Made by a program: the position numbers and the translations under genes. The notes under the pieces were generated by a model. It was not told the origin of the DNA and searched no databases. It saw only the letters and a program-made list of their open reading frames with translations. A stretch of 64,000 bases of DNA from the IMG/VR virus record IMGVR_UViG_2718218054_000003, one strand, 5' to 3'. The stretch is from a virus. Position 1 is the stretch's first letter. Each line of letters opens with the position of its first letter. Positions 36,880 to 46,939 of this stretch are shown here, piece by piece.

Positions 36880-38081
36880 CGTCTCACCGCCTGCACGAGC
36901 TCGGCCGGGGCCCCGAGGTACTGCGCGTAGAGGTCGCCCGCCTGGTCACCGGCCACCGCTCCGGAGCCGCTCACGATGACGCCGATGAACGCGTCGAGCG
37001 TCGTCGTGGTGGCGAGGGAGAGGCCTCCGTTGACGGTGTCCGCAGTGTGCGTGAGGGCGGAGCCGACTATGTACCGGTTCCCGGCCCCGTCGTTGGCCGT
37101 GGCGCGCACGTAGCCGGTTCCGGCGGTCCCAGCCTCAGCGGAGGCGCGGACGACCTTCAGCGTCGAGCTGAACGCCGCCTGCACGTACAGCTCGACGAGG
37201 CGGGAGCCGCGACGCAGCGTCACGTCCACGGTGAACCGACCCGGTGACTGCGACCGCAGAAGCCGGAGGACGACCAGCTCGGGCTCGTTGTGCAGCACGG
37301 ACACCGTGTCGAACGCGCCGATGCTCACGCCGCCCGAGAGGATGTCCCAGCTCTTCGCCTGCCAGCCGCCCCCGGTGTACGCGGAGATCTCCAGAACCCC
37401 GGACGAGGCCAGCGGCCGGACGCGGACGAGTGCGTTGTTGAGCTCCCAGCTGGACGCCGGGGTGCTGAAGCCGGTGCCGACGCGCTCCAGGTTGTTCGCG
37501 TCGAGGACCCGCACGCGGCCGGCCAGGTACGAGCCCACCGGGCAGCCCCACCGCGGGTTCACCGTCAGCGGCAGCCCGCGGTACACGGTCATCGCGCCGT
37601 CGGCCCCGCTGCGGGTGACCGACGAGGGTTGGGTGCTGGATGTCCAGTACCCGTAGTGGCCGATGGGCGGCGCGTGCCACCGCTCGCCGCTGGCGGCGAA
37701 GCTGTTGTTGCGCGCGGAGGCACCAGTGAGCCGGGACTCCAGGTCGACCTCGGTGTCGGTGCCGAGCCTGGTGAGGGTGAGGTTCCAGTCGCAGGTGATG
37801 ACCTCGCCGGTCCAGCTGAAGAGCTTCGCCCCGGTGTCGCGCACCTGGTAGTAGCCGTTGCGGTCATCCTTGTCGGTGAACGTCACCGGAACGATCGCGC
37901 CCAGCAGGCCAGGAACGTCGTCCTGGATACGCGCGATCTGCACGGCCGTGAGCGGTGGCAGCGACTCCTGGCCGGTGATCGTCACCGTGCGCACGTCGGT
38001 CGTCGCGTTGACCTTGTCGTCGAACGCCGACAGCGCCTCGGTCAACCCGAGGCGTCCCACCTGAACGGTGCCGTAGCTCAT
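36876..38081 (-). CDS. Minor tail (distal-tail-like) protein
   Basis: Immediately after tape measure. Confidence 0.7.
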   Translation of the reverse strand: MSYGTVQVGRLGLTEALSAFDDKVNATTDVRTVTITGQESLPPLTAVQIARIQDDVPGLLGAIVPVTFTDKDDRNGYYQVRDTGAKLFSWTGEVITCDWNLTLTRLGTDTEVDLESRLTGASARNNSFAASGERWHAPPIGHYGYWTSSTQPSSVTRSGADGAMTVYRGLPLTVNPRWGCPVGSYLAGRVRVLDANNLERVGTGFSTPASSWELNNALVRVRPLASSGVLEISAYTGGGWQAKSWDILSGGVSIGAFDTVSVLHNEPELVVLRLLRSQSPGRFTVDVTLRRGSRLVELYVQAAFSSTLKVVRASAEAGTAGTGYVRATANDGAGNRYIVGSALTHTADTVNGGLSLATTTTLDAFIGVIVSGSGAVAGDQAGDLYAQYLGAPAELVQAVRR

Positions 38082-41000
38082 GCCTGGCTCGCCTCCACCT
38101 GCCGCAGGGCCTCACGGAGACGCACGACGAACTCGCGTGCGGCAGTGGTCATGGCGTACGGATCGGTGAGGTCGACAACGCCCTGCACCTGCACGATCAG
38201 CTGCTGGATGGTGATCGTGGAGCCGCCGCCAGAGGAAAGGCCGGCCGCACCAAGGTCGAGTGGCACCGGACCGGAGGTCGGTGCCGCGGCACCGTCACCG
38301 CCGACCGTGATTCCGCTTTGGATGGTGCTCGCGAGCCGCAGGGACGCGCGCTCAAGATCCTTGCTGCCAGCATCGAGGCCGATGACCATGCCGGCGGGCA
38401 CCTCGCGCGCGATCTCCTCGGCGACCTTGGAGGGCGAGTGGATGCCGAGGGCGTCCTTGACGGGTGCGGGAATCTGCGCCTTCACCCAATTCCAAATCTT
38501 GTCGCGCAGCCACGAGCCCATGGAGCTGATGCCGTTCCACAGGCCCCGCACGAAGTCCTGTCCCTTGCCCCACAACAGGTCTCCGAAGTTGCCCGCAGCT
38601 TCAAGTAGCCGCCCTGGCAGGCCGCGGACCCAGTCGACCAGCGCCCAGAAGCGGTCGATCGCGGCGTCCTTCGCGCGGTTGATCCACTCGTAGAACCGGA
38701 TGTGCAGACTGCCGAACCACTCCAGCCCTTCGCGGATCAGGTCGATGTTCTCCCGCGTCTTGTTCTTGATCCACTCCCAGGCGGCGGGGATGTTGGTCAG
38801 GGCCCAGGCGATGGCGTCAGCGAGCGGCCCGAACACGGTGTTGTTGACCTGGATGAAGGACGTCACGAGCCACGCGACGGCCGGGATGACGACCCCAGCG
38901 ATGACCGCCGCCAGCTCGATCAGCTGGGGGATGTGAGGTGCTACGGCCTCGACCAGCTTGACGAAGCTCTCGATCAAGAACGGCAGGTGAGGCGCCAGAT
39001 CGATGATCGCCTTGCTCAGCTCGTCGGCGATCACCGACGCCAGGTTCTGCACCTCAGGCCAGATCGGCTCCAGGGCTTCGAGCCACCGCATGGCCAGGTC
39101 CAGAAGCAACGGCAGGAGCTGGACGACGAGGTTGGACAGCGGCTCAGACAGCTTCGCGAGCACCATCCACCACTCGCCGAAGGCCTCGCCGGCGGCCGTC
39201 ATCAGCTCTTGGAACTGGTCGCCGCCGAGCAGGTCCGTGAGTGGCCGAAGGCCGTGCTCGATGATGTGGGTCAGCGCGGGCGACAGGGCGTCGATCAGCG
39301 GCTCCGCGACCGAGAGGAAGCCCCTCGCCAGCGACCGCACTACCGGAACCAGGGCGTCTAGGATCGGCGCGAGTCCGTCCGCGAACATGCCCGTCAGCTC
39401 GCCGATCGGCCCCAGCAGCTCGCCCGCGATCTGGAACACGGACCGCAGCACACTGCCGATCGAACCCATGTGCGGCGCCAGCGCATCGAACATCGCGCTC
39501 ACGCCGTCACCGAGGAAGTGCAGCCCGTCCGCTAGCGCGTCCGTGACCGGCTTCGCCTGCGCGCCAAGCTCAACCCAGTCCCGGAACAGCTGCAACCCGA
39601 CGTCACCGGCTGCCTTGAACATGGTCATGCCGTTGGCGAAGTTCTGTGCGAGTTCCCCTTGGAACACCGGGTCCCGGAACAGGTCTCCGGCCCGTGCGGC
39701 GAGGTCACCGATGATGCCGCTGGCGTCGCCGATGGCCTGCTTGAAGATCGGGAACAGCGTCTCGCTGTCCTTGAGCATCTTCGTGAAGCCGGGCAGCATT
39801 TCCTGCTGCGCCGTCTTGGACAGGTCGTCCAGCAGCGGCTTCATCGAGATCAGCTGCTCGACGAACGCACGCCCCTCCGGGGTGAGCTTGGCCATCGCCT
39901 CGGCGAACTTCGACGTCGCCCCACCAGCAGCGCCCGCCGAAGCAGCCTGCTGAGCCTGCACATCGGCGAGGTGCTCGATCGCGCGCGCGACCCGCTCGTC
40001 GGCCTGGCGACGTCGCTCGGCGGCATCCTCGTGCGCGTCCGCCAGCGCCTTCTGCGCATCCGCGACGTCCCGGTTCGCGTCGGCGAGCCGCTCCCGCGCG
40101 TCGATCACCTGCTCGTCGCCCTCGATGCCGGCGGCGGTTGCCTCCTCGAGGTCGCGGCGGGTGCGGGCGTTCTCCTCCTGCAGGCGCTTCAGCCGGTTCT
40201 CGGCCTGCTTCACGTCGTACTCGGCGCGCCGCTTCTCCAGGTCGGTCGACAGCGGGCTGCCCATCACCTCCTTGAGCCGCTCCTTCGCCGTCTCCAGCGA
40301 GAGCGTCGCGCCCTCTTCGGACAGCGACGCGTCCTCCACCCGGCGCTGCAGGTCCTCCAACTGCTCGGTGGCGCGCCGGCGCGCGTCGGTGAGCGCGTCC
40401 TGTGCGTCCGCCGCAGACCGGTTCGCGTCCTCCACGCGGCGCTCCGCCGCGGCGATCTGGTCAGCGGCGTCCTCGTAGGCCTCGACCTGGTCCCGCTTCG
40501 CGTCGGTGATCGCACGGTTCGCGTCCCGGATCGCCATCGCGTCCGCCAACTGGCTCGCCGCCGAAGAACCCGAGGCGGCACCAGCGGCCTTCTGGTCGGC
40601 CGCGTAGCCCTTGAGCGCGCCGATGACCGGGCCGAACGCCAGCCCGATCGAGGCGATGCCCGCGGCGGCAGCGAACGCGGCGGGAGCGATGGCGGCGATC
40701 GCGCCCGCGCCGGCGATCGCGAGCGGCGGCACGACGCCGAGACCGATCGCGGCGTAGCGGCCGAGCGATCCAAGGTGCACGCCAGAACGGGTTGCTGCGC
40801 CGCCCATCCGGGTCTCGACGTCGTTCGCCGCGGCGCCCGTGGACTGGCGGATCGAGTTCGACGCGGAGCGCATGTCGCGTTCCATGTCGCGCGCGCCGTC
40901 GCGCACCTTGTCCTTGGCGCGGTCCAGCTTGGACTCGTCGACCTCGACGGGGATCTTGGCCTTGACGGTCATGGCGACGAGGTCGACCTCGCTGCGGATC

Positions 41001-41425
41001 TTGCGCCGCCACTCCGCGGCTTCGGCGACGTCCAGCGGGATGTCGGCCTTCATCGTCTGCTGGATCTCTTGGATCTGCGCGGCGATGTGCTGCCGGATTC
41101 GCTCCGTGTCGGCGTCGACCGGGAGTTGGGCGAGGTCCTTGGCTGCGGCGCGGATGTCCGCGTCGACCTTTGCTTTCCACGCGTCGTTGACCGGGTCCTT
41201 CAGTTTCGTCGGGACCTCGACCGGGTCCTTCGACGTCTGCTTCTCGGTCTGCTCCTTGTTCTTCTTCTGCTCGGAGGGTGACGGCGGCTTGAGGGTTGTG
41301 GTGGTAGGCAGCTCGAACGGCTTCGAGTTCTTGATGCGGTCCCGCATCCGCTGCATCTCGTCGTCGGTGTGATCCCGCAAGACGACGTCGACGAACGCCT
41401 CGGCGATCTTGAAGCCTTCGGCCAC
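38078..41425 (-). CDS. Tape measure protein
   Basis: 1115 aa Ala/Leu-rich helical; ALGIHSPSKV motif; after tail chaperones. Confidence 0.9.
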   Translation of the reverse strand: MAEGFKIAEAFVDVVLRDHTDDEMQRMRDRIKNSKPFELPTTTTLKPPSPSEQKKNKEQTEKQTSKDPVEVPTKLKDPVNDAWKAKVDADIRAAAKDLAQLPVDADTERIRQHIAAQIQEIQQTMKADIPLDVAEAAEWRRKIRSEVDLVAMTVKAKIPVEVDESKLDRAKDKVRDGARDMERDMRSASNSIRQSTGAAANDVETRMGGAATRSGVHLGSLGRYAAIGLGVVPPLAIAGAGAIAAIAPAAFAAAAGIASIGLAFGPVIGALKGYAADQKAAGAASGSSAASQLADAMAIRDANRAITDAKRDQVEAYEDAADQIAAAERRVEDANRSAADAQDALTDARRRATEQLEDLQRRVEDASLSEEGATLSLETAKERLKEVMGSPLSTDLEKRRAEYDVKQAENRLKRLQEENARTRRDLEEATAAGIEGDEQVIDARERLADANRDVADAQKALADAHEDAAERRRQADERVARAIEHLADVQAQQAASAGAAGGATSKFAEAMAKLTPEGRAFVEQLISMKPLLDDLSKTAQQEMLPGFTKMLKDSETLFPIFKQAIGDASGIIGDLAARAGDLFRDPVFQGELAQNFANGMTMFKAAGDVGLQLFRDWVELGAQAKPVTDALADGLHFLGDGVSAMFDALAPHMGSIGSVLRSVFQIAGELLGPIGELTGMFADGLAPILDALVPVVRSLARGFLSVAEPLIDALSPALTHIIEHGLRPLTDLLGGDQFQELMTAAGEAFGEWWMVLAKLSEPLSNLVVQLLPLLLDLAMRWLEALEPIWPEVQNLASVIADELSKAIIDLAPHLPFLIESFVKLVEAVAPHIPQLIELAAVIAGVVIPAVAWLVTSFIQVNNTVFGPLADAIAWALTNIPAAWEWIKNKTRENIDLIREGLEWFGSLHIRFYEWINRAKDAAIDRFWALVDWVRGLPGRLLEAAGNFGDLLWGKGQDFVRGLWNGISSMGSWLRDKIWNWVKAQIPAPVKDALGIHSPSKVAEEIAREVPAGMVIGLDAGSKDLERASLRLASTIQSGITVGGDGAAAPTSGPVPLDLGAAGLSSGGGSTITIQQLIVQVQGVVDLTDPYAMTTAAREFVVRLREALRQVEASQA

Positions 41426-41447
41426 TGCTGCCCACCTCCTTCCGCGT

Positions 41448-41800
41448 TCAGTCCTGCTTGTCGCTGCTCATCTCGACGACGCCGGGGTACATCGCCCGGA
41501 ACGCCGAGAGCTCCACCACCTGCGCTGGTCCCTGCTGCGCTGCCGGTCGCGCCGCGGGCTGCGCTGCGGCAGGCGTTGCTGGCGCCTGGATCGGTTGCTG
41601 GGCCTTGTCTTCCGCGCGAGCCCTCGCTGTCATGACCCCGTCGAACGCGAACGTCCGCATCGCCAGCGCGAAGAACTCCGGGCCGGTCAGCGTGGTGTCC
41701 CGGTGGATGTCGATGCCCCAGATCGCCAAAAAGTCGGCGTGGAGATCATCGAGGTAGCCGAGCACCCAACTGATTTCCTTCAGGCGCTCTTCGAACGCTC
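41448..41800 (-). CDS. Tail assembly chaperone, frameshifted extension (GT-like)
   Basis: Frame reached by -1 slip at CCCAAAA (41801-41807). Confidence 0.7.
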
Positions 41801-42190
41801 TTTTGGGGCTTCCACGGCGCCCATCGCTTGCCGCCGCAACAGGTCCATCACGTCGGCAAACTGCTCCTTCGTGAGGTGTGGGTAGTTGGCGAGTGCGTCG
41901 TAGGCCTCCGTTCCGAGCATCTCCTCCAGCAGACCCGCCATCGCGATCTCCATGCCCTCCTGGCGAGCGAGCCGCATGAAACGGAGGGAGACCGACGGGC
42001 TGACGTCCTTCGGCACGCAGTACGACTTGTCGTCGATTGAGAAAATCTCGACCATCTCGACCGGCGCTGGCTCGGCCGGAGTAACCATCCGAATCGGCTC
42101 GAACCCGTCGAGCGGCACGGCGACCGCGCGTGGCTTCGGTGCTGTGGCCTTGCGCGGCGCGCGCTTGCGGGTCGGGGAGGTTGCACCCAT
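41780..42190 (-). CDS. Tail assembly chaperone (G-like)
   Basis: Between major tail and TMP; slippery site near its end. Confidence 0.8.
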   Translation of the reverse strand: MGATSPTRKRAPRKATAPKPRAVAVPLDGFEPIRMVTPAEPAPVEMVEIFSIDDKSYCVPKDVSPSVSLRFMRLARQEGMEIAMAGLLEEMLGTEAYDALANYPHLTKEQFADVMDLLRRQAMGAVEAPKERSKSA

Positions 42191-42230
42191 GGCATGTCCT
42201 TTGGTGGTCCGGAGAACAACGGGAGAGGGC

Positions 42231-42260
42231 GCCGGGCGCGAGGGAGAGCTCGCGCCCGGC
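42231..42260 (-). terminator. Hairpin after major tail gene
   Basis: Perfect 12-bp stem GCCGGGCGCGAG/CTCGCGCCCGGC. Confidence 0.65.
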
Positions 42261-42266
42261 AGAAGG

Positions 42267-42830
42267 TCAGGCGGCGACCTCGTCCTGGATGTAGAAGGGC
42301 GCGACGCTCTCGCTGACGTAGTGCGCGGCGAAGTCGACCGGGATGAACGTCTGCGCGTCCTTCTGGTATGCCGACTCGACGTTGCTGATGTTCAGCACCT
42401 TGCGGGCGATCACCCGGCGCCGCTTCTGGTTCGGCCCCCACGCGTCGAGCAGGCTGGCGATGTAGTTCGGCTGAGTTGCCGAGCTCGCCGTCTGAGGCGT
42501 GAGGGTCTTGAACCCGGAGCCGCTCGCTGCGGTGCCGCCATTCATGGCCAACGCGAGGTTCTCCAGCGTCACCTCGGCGAGGTTGGTCTGGATGTTGAAG
42601 TCGCGCTTCACCAGCCGTCGGCCGGGGCTGTCGACGATCTGGTCGACCTTCAACTCGGAGAACGTCTGCGTCATCACGAGCTTGATGCCGCCGTCCGTGC
42701 CGCCGCGGTCCGTCCACCCGGATGCGGCAGGCGTGGTGTTCACCGCAGAGTCGGCGGGCTCCGCCGTGCCGAACACGCCCGTGTAGAGCGTGCCGGGGCC
42801 CTGGGCCAGGTTGGTCACGGTGACCGACAT
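42267..42830 (-). CDS. Major tail (tube) protein
   Basis: GPGTLY.G, GGTDGG, VDQ, LAE.TLENL motifs. Confidence 0.85.
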   Translation of the reverse strand: MSVTVTNLAQGPGTLYTGVFGTAEPADSAVNTTPAASGWTDRGGTDGGIKLVMTQTFSELKVDQIVDSPGRRLVKRDFNIQTNLAEVTLENLALAMNGGTAASGSGFKTLTPQTASSATQPNYIASLLDAWGPNQKRRRVIARKVLNISNVESAYQKDAQTFIPVDFAAHYVSESVAPFYIQDEVAA

Positions 42831-42842
42831 GTCCTGTCTCCC

Positions 42843-43013
42843 TTACTTCTCGGTCCCGGCGTCGCCGCCGTCCTTGTTGTCGTCCGGAGTGGACTTCTTC
42901 TTCGTGGCCTTGCCGTCCTCGACGAGCAGGCCCTGGCGCTGCAGGTCCTCGTACTCGGCGTCGCCGATTTCGATCGGCTTGTCCGGCTGGAAGGTCGTCC
43001 TCACGTTGTGCAT
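42843..43013 (-). CDS. Small hypothetical virion-region protein
   Basis: AAGGAG RBS. Confidence 0.55.
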   Translation of the reverse strand: MHNVRTTFQPDKPIEIGDAEYEDLQRQGLLVEDGKATKKKSTPDDNKDGGDAGTEK

Positions 43014-43252
43014 CGGAACTGCTCCTTCCCGGCGACGTCTCCGTCGGCGGTGAACTGCACCCCGCACATCTCGGGGTGGAACCGGATCGGCAACGTCTGG
43101 TCCTCGGGGATGTCCGGCGGCAGCTCGCGCACCGGCACGCCGACGACGAGGAACTCCAGCTGTGCGCGGTCGTGGTGGACGAGGATCCGGCCGCCGTAGG
43201 TGAGAAAGTCCCTGCTGTTCGGGCCGTAGAGGCCGAAGCGCTTTCGGCTCAT
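43001..43252 (-). CDS. Hypothetical protein
   Basis: ATGA coupling. Confidence 0.6.
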   Translation of the reverse strand: MSRKRFGLYGPNSRDFLTYGGRILVHHDRAQLEFLVVGVPVRELPPDIPEDQTLPIRFHPEMCGVQFTADGDVAGKEQFRCTT

Positions 43253-43716
43253 GGCAGCTCCACCCAGTCGAACTCGACGTCCAGCAGCACGTGTGCGTAG
43301 CCGCCGGCGTCGCCGTAGGCCTCGCGCGGCTCGCTGCGTGCGGTCGCGCCCATGACGCGGGCCTGCGGGTAGTTGCCGGGCAGCGCGAGGTCGCGGTACA
43401 CCGCACGGCGCGCGGCGTCGTCCGCTGGATTGGTAGCGGCGTGGATGGTCTCGGCGAGGTGCCACGCCTTGCCCCACGGCGGCTTGCTGCTGTTGAGCGT
43501 GCAGGCCCAGCAGTCGACCGTGACGACGGGCTGCCGCAGCGCGTAGTCGACTGCCGACGAGCCGCCCGTCGTGCGCACCGTGACGAACCCGGATGCCGCC
43601 CAGGTCGTGTTGTCGCTGGGAAGCCGTGACGCCACCATCGCCGGGTTCAACCCGGTTACGCCGCCGAGCCAGGCAGCGGCGACGAGCCCCGTGTTCGCGC
43701 GCAGGATCGTGGCCAT
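43249..43716 (-). CDS. Tail terminator / completion protein
   Basis: Position; PVVTVDCWA. Confidence 0.7.
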   Translation of the reverse strand: MATILRANTGLVAAAWLGGVTGLNPAMVASRLPSDNTTWAASGFVTVRTTGGSSAVDYALRQPVVTVDCWACTLNSSKPPWGKAWHLAETIHAATNPADDAARRAVYRDLALPGNYPQARVMGATARSEPREAYGDAGGYAHVLLDVEFDWVELP

Positions 43717-44048
43717 CAGCCGCCCCGCTTCCGGTACAGAGCGGGCTTCATGTACGGCTGGGCGGGAACCATGCGTCCGGTGTGGACCTTCGCGCCGTTC
43801 GCGTCGCGGTAGACGATCTCGTGGCCCTCCTCGACGGGGCCCGAGTGCTTCGCGTCGCGGGAGCCGATGCGGCCGACGTCGTCGCCGATGACCTCGAAGT
43901 CCAGCGAGTCACGGAGCTCGCCGGAGTCGACGGGGACGCCACCGACCATGTCAGCGAGGATGGCGGGACAGAGCTTGGCCTCCAGCAGTTCGCGCTTGCT
44001 GACGGCGACGTGCGCCTGCCAGCCCGCGACTTCGCGGAACTCGCCCAT
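43716..44048 (-). CDS. HK97 gp10-like neck protein
   Basis: PVDSGELRDS, VEEG, MVPAQPYMKPAL. Confidence 0.8.
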   Translation of the reverse strand: MGEFREVAGWQAHVAVSKRELLEAKLCPAILADMVGGVPVDSGELRDSLDFEVIGDDVGRIGSRDAKHSGPVEEGHEIVYRDANGAKVHTGRMVPAQPYMKPALYRKRGG

Positions 44049-44103
44049 GGTTCACCGCCTTCCTCGCCTCTACGGCTCGGCTGGCTCAGGGAGATCGGCC
44101 GAT

Positions 44104-44454
44104 CTACTCGGCCGGCTTGAGCTTCCTGAGTTCGATCACTAGGTCTGACTGGCGTCCTTGCTGGTCGGGCTGGTCCACGTCGATCACGGCGTAGATCACG
44201 CCGCCGTGGGTGTCGTCGCGGAACCGGTCACCGGCCTTGATGTCCGTGTCGGACTGCACGCGCGCCATCGGCACGCGCACCGTCCGCGCGGTCTGCGTCG
44301 CGGAGTCGAAGACCCGGCGGCGCTCGCTCTTGATCCGGGCCAGCACGCCGGACGCGGCGACGGTCTCGTTGTCCTCCTCGTCGCCGAACTCGGACTCCGT
44401 GCTGCCACGGAGGATCGAGCCCCGGCACGTGGCGACCGCGTACACATCAGCCAC
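44104..44454 (-). CDS. Head closure protein
   Basis: Position; DIKAGDR..D motif. Confidence 0.65.
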   Translation of the reverse strand: MADVYAVATCRGSILRGSTESEFGDEEDNETVAASGVLARIKSERRRVFDSATQTARTVRVPMARVQSDTDIKAGDRFRDDTHGGVIYAVIDVDQPDQQGRQSDLVIELRKLKPAE

Positions 44455-44899
44455 CCCCCAGCGGGGTCCACGACTCGTACGCGTCGTTGACCTCGGCGAG
44501 CGGGTTACTCGACACAGGGCCCGGACCGTCCTGAAACGTCGACCGCACGTGCAGCGACCTGGTTCGGCGCCACGACAGCCTGTTCAGCACGAGCCGCGTC
44601 ATCGGCGCGAGGATGAGCGCGAGTTCCTTGAGCTCCAACCCTTCGAGCGTCGCGAGGTCGAGACGCTCGAAGAAGTCCGGCTGGGCCCGCATCCACGGCA
44701 CCTGGTAGGCGACCGCGCGGCGCAGCCACTCGGTGTCCTTCCGGCCGGTCCGGTCCGCCGAGGTCGTGTACAGGCGACCGCCGATGATCTCGATGATCGC
44801 GTTCGCCTGAACGACCTCGGCGTCCGTCGCGTCGGCGATGCCGGTGAGGGAGAGGACGTCAACCGGCATGGCCCACGTCGTCCGCGTCGGCTGCGTCAT
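44447..44899 (-). CDS. Head-to-tail connector
   Basis: Position; LRRAVAYQ. Confidence 0.7.
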   Translation of the reverse strand: MTQPTRTTWAMPVDVLSLTGIADATDAEVVQANAIIEIIGGRLYTTSADRTGRKDTEWLRRAVAYQVPWMRAQPDFFERLDLATLEGLELKELALILAPMTRLVLNRLSWRRTRSLHVRSTFQDGPGPVSSNPLAEVNDAYESWTPLGGG

Positions 44900-44903
44900 C
44901 ACC

Positions 44904-45560
44904 TCACTCCTTCTTCGTCGTGGCCGGCTTCGCCGCGGCCGTGGACTTGGTGCTGGTCTTCGAGGTGCTCGACTTCGCCGTGGCCGAGCTGGTGCGGGAG
45001 CTGGTCTTCGCCGTGGCGGACTTCTCCGCCTTCGCGGCCTCGGCGCGCCGCGTGGCACCGGCCGCCGGCTTGTCCGTCGGCGTGCTGGTGCTGCCGTCGT
45101 CCGACTCGATCTGGTCGCGCGGCGTCGTGGTCTCAGCTGGCTGCGTGTCGACTGCGGCCGGGATGGTCTCCACCGAGTAGGTCAGCTCGACCAGCGGGAA
45201 GAACCGGCGACCGGGCTCGGCCGGCTCCCTCGTGATGTCCTCGGCGCCGTCGAACCGCACCTCGCCGCGCGGGTGCAGGCCGCGCTGGATCGCGTCCTCC
45301 AGCACGTTGGCGCGGTTCGCCTCGTGCTGCGGCTCGCTGTTCTCCGCGCCCTTGTCGACGATGAACTTCTTCTCGAAGCGCGTGCCGTCGGAGCCGTCGG
45401 CCGAACGCTGCTCGACCTCCTGCTCACGGCCCTCCTCGGTGCCCTTCAGGGACGGGAACTGCTCGGTGCGCTTCGGCTGCGCCTGGGACTCGTCGGGGCC
45501 GTCGTTCTGCAGCTCGACCTCGTCCGCGTTGTCCTTCGCGGTGTCGTCGTTGTTCGCCAC
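44904..45560 (-). CDS. Capsid-adjacent protein with Ser/Thr/Lys/Ala-rich tail
   Basis: GAGGAG RBS; low-complexity C-terminus. Confidence 0.7.
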   Translation of the reverse strand: MANNDDTAKDNADEVELQNDGPDESQAQPKRTEQFPSLKGTEEGREQEVEQRSADGSDGTRFEKKFIVDKGAENSEPQHEANRANVLEDAIQRGLHPRGEVRFDGAEDITREPAEPGRRFFPLVELTYSVETIPAAVDTQPAETTTPRDQIESDDGSTSTPTDKPAAGATRRAEAAKAEKSATAKTSSRTSSATAKSSTSKTSTKSTAAAKPATTKKE

Positions 45561-45590
45561 GGGATGTGCTCCTCACAGTTCGTCTGGGGA

Positions 45591-45630
45591 GCGGTAGGGC
45601 ACCGGACCACCACGCTGGGCGCCCTACCGC
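45591..45630 (-). terminator. Hairpin after major capsid gene
   Basis: GCGGTAGGGC/GCCCTACCGC stem. Confidence 0.55.
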
Positions 45631-45645
45631 GGTCCAGGGGGTGGG

Positions 45646-46722
45646 TCAGGAGTTGTCCTCGTGGATGGCGAACGCGTGCTCGATGCCGACGGCGAAGCCG
45701 CGGCGTGCGCGGAGCTTCAGGATCGACTCGTCGGTAAGCGCGGCGAGGCCGTTTCGGCCGTCGATGTAGATCGACTCCGGGCCGGAGCGGATGCCCAGCA
45801 GCATGAACTGGGGGATGGCGAACACCGCGAGCGGGTTGCCGGTCGGCCGCGCGGTCGGCGTGGCGCTCGTGCGCGCACCGAGCGACCAGCGCACCGGGTA
45901 GCCCATGATGCGGTCCGGAACCGACGCGGCACCGGCGGAGTCACCGCTGGACGACTCGGCGAAGATCGGCCGGTCGTTCGCGTCGACGATGTCGCGCAGG
46001 ATCTGCTTGTACGCCGGGTGCACGATCCACACGCCGGCGCCGTCGACCCAGTAGTCGGAGGTCTCGACCTTGCCGAGCGTGGCCGACAGGCTGGCGTAGC
46101 TGGTGCCGCCCGAACCGGTCTTCGTGATGTTGCTGTTCGCGGTGTAGTTGGTGTCCGCGTTGGTCTGCGTCAGCGTGTAGTACAGGCTGTCGAACTTGCA
46201 GCCCGTGCTCGACTTGGACGCGGTGACCGCCAAGCAGGCGTTGTCGAGGCCCTTCGCGTACGCGGTGGCCCAGTCGCTCAGCTTGGTCTCGACGACGTCG
46301 GCGAGGGAGTCGTCGATGTCCTCCTCGGCGATCCGGACCGCGCGACCGAACTTCTGCGCGCTCAGGATCACCTCGTCGTTGACGTTGGTGTCCTCGCCGT
46401 AGGCACCGCCCTTGGCGACGATGTCCATGTCGATGCCGCCCGACCGCGGGGTGGACCGGGTCTGCGACTTCATGGGGACGCGGTGTGCGACCGCCTCCAC
46501 CGCGGAGTTCTGGCGGATCTTCTGGATGACGTCGGCGCCGAACTCCTCCCAGAGCCACGGCTCGTACGTGTTCCGCGCGCCGCCGCCGAGGGCGCGAATC
46601 GGGGAACCGTCCGGGGCGAAGCCGAGGATGTCGCCGACGTCGTGAGCCGGGACGCGGGAGTCGAAGAGCTCGCGGTCGCGGTCGGTGAACAGGTCGCTGT
46701 TGCGCAGCAGAGTGCCGCCCAT
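45646..46722 (-). CDS. Major capsid protein (HK97 fold) with N-terminal leader
   Basis: GAAGGG RBS; V.LSAQKF..AVRI.EE..DD; DRIMGYPV; ILKLRARRGFAV. Confidence 0.9.
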   Translation of the reverse strand: MGGTLLRNSDLFTDRDRELFDSRVPAHDVGDILGFAPDGSPIRALGGGARNTYEPWLWEEFGADVIQKIRQNSAVEAVAHRVPMKSQTRSTPRSGGIDMDIVAKGGAYGEDTNVNDEVILSAQKFGRAVRIAEEDIDDSLADVVETKLSDWATAYAKGLDNACLAVTASKSSTGCKFDSLYYTLTQTNADTNYTANSNITKTGSGGTSYASLSATLGKVETSDYWVDGAGVWIVHPAYKQILRDIVDANDRPIFAESSSGDSAGAASVPDRIMGYPVRWSLGARTSATPTARPTGNPLAVFAIPQFMLLGIRSGPESIYIDGRNGLAALTDESILKLRARRGFAVGIEHAFAIHEDNS

Positions 46723-46764
46723 GGTCGTGCCCTTCAGGCGATGGGGAGGTGGCTGGCACCTGCG

Positions 46765-46836
46765 CCCCATCACGGGCACGCGGGTCGGAGGTCTTGCTGG
46801 GTCCGATCACCGGATGCGGTGGACGCCCATCACGGG
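46765..46836 (-). repeat. Two CCCGTGATGGG mini-hairpins in capsid 5' leader
   Basis: Direct repeat at about 46766 and 46826. Confidence 0.65.
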
Positions 46837-46909
46837 CCGTACACCTGGCCGAAGAATACACGCTTAGTCAGGCAAAGCTACGACGAAACGGCGGAAGATA
46901 GATCGCGCT

Positions 46910-46931
46910 ACCGAAGATTCGTCGGTACGAT
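46910..46931. promoter_or_regulatory. Operator-like site ACCGAAGATTCGTCGGT adjoining -10 TACGAT of the RNA operon
   Basis: Motif recurs at 46849, 57571, 59765, 59802, 63467, 63499. Confidence 0.6.
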
Positions 46932-46939
46932 GCGCCCAT

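Noticed and set aside
44092-44105. 14-bp palindrome AGATCGGCCGATCT
   Set aside because: Single copy at a gene end with no second site or promoter context
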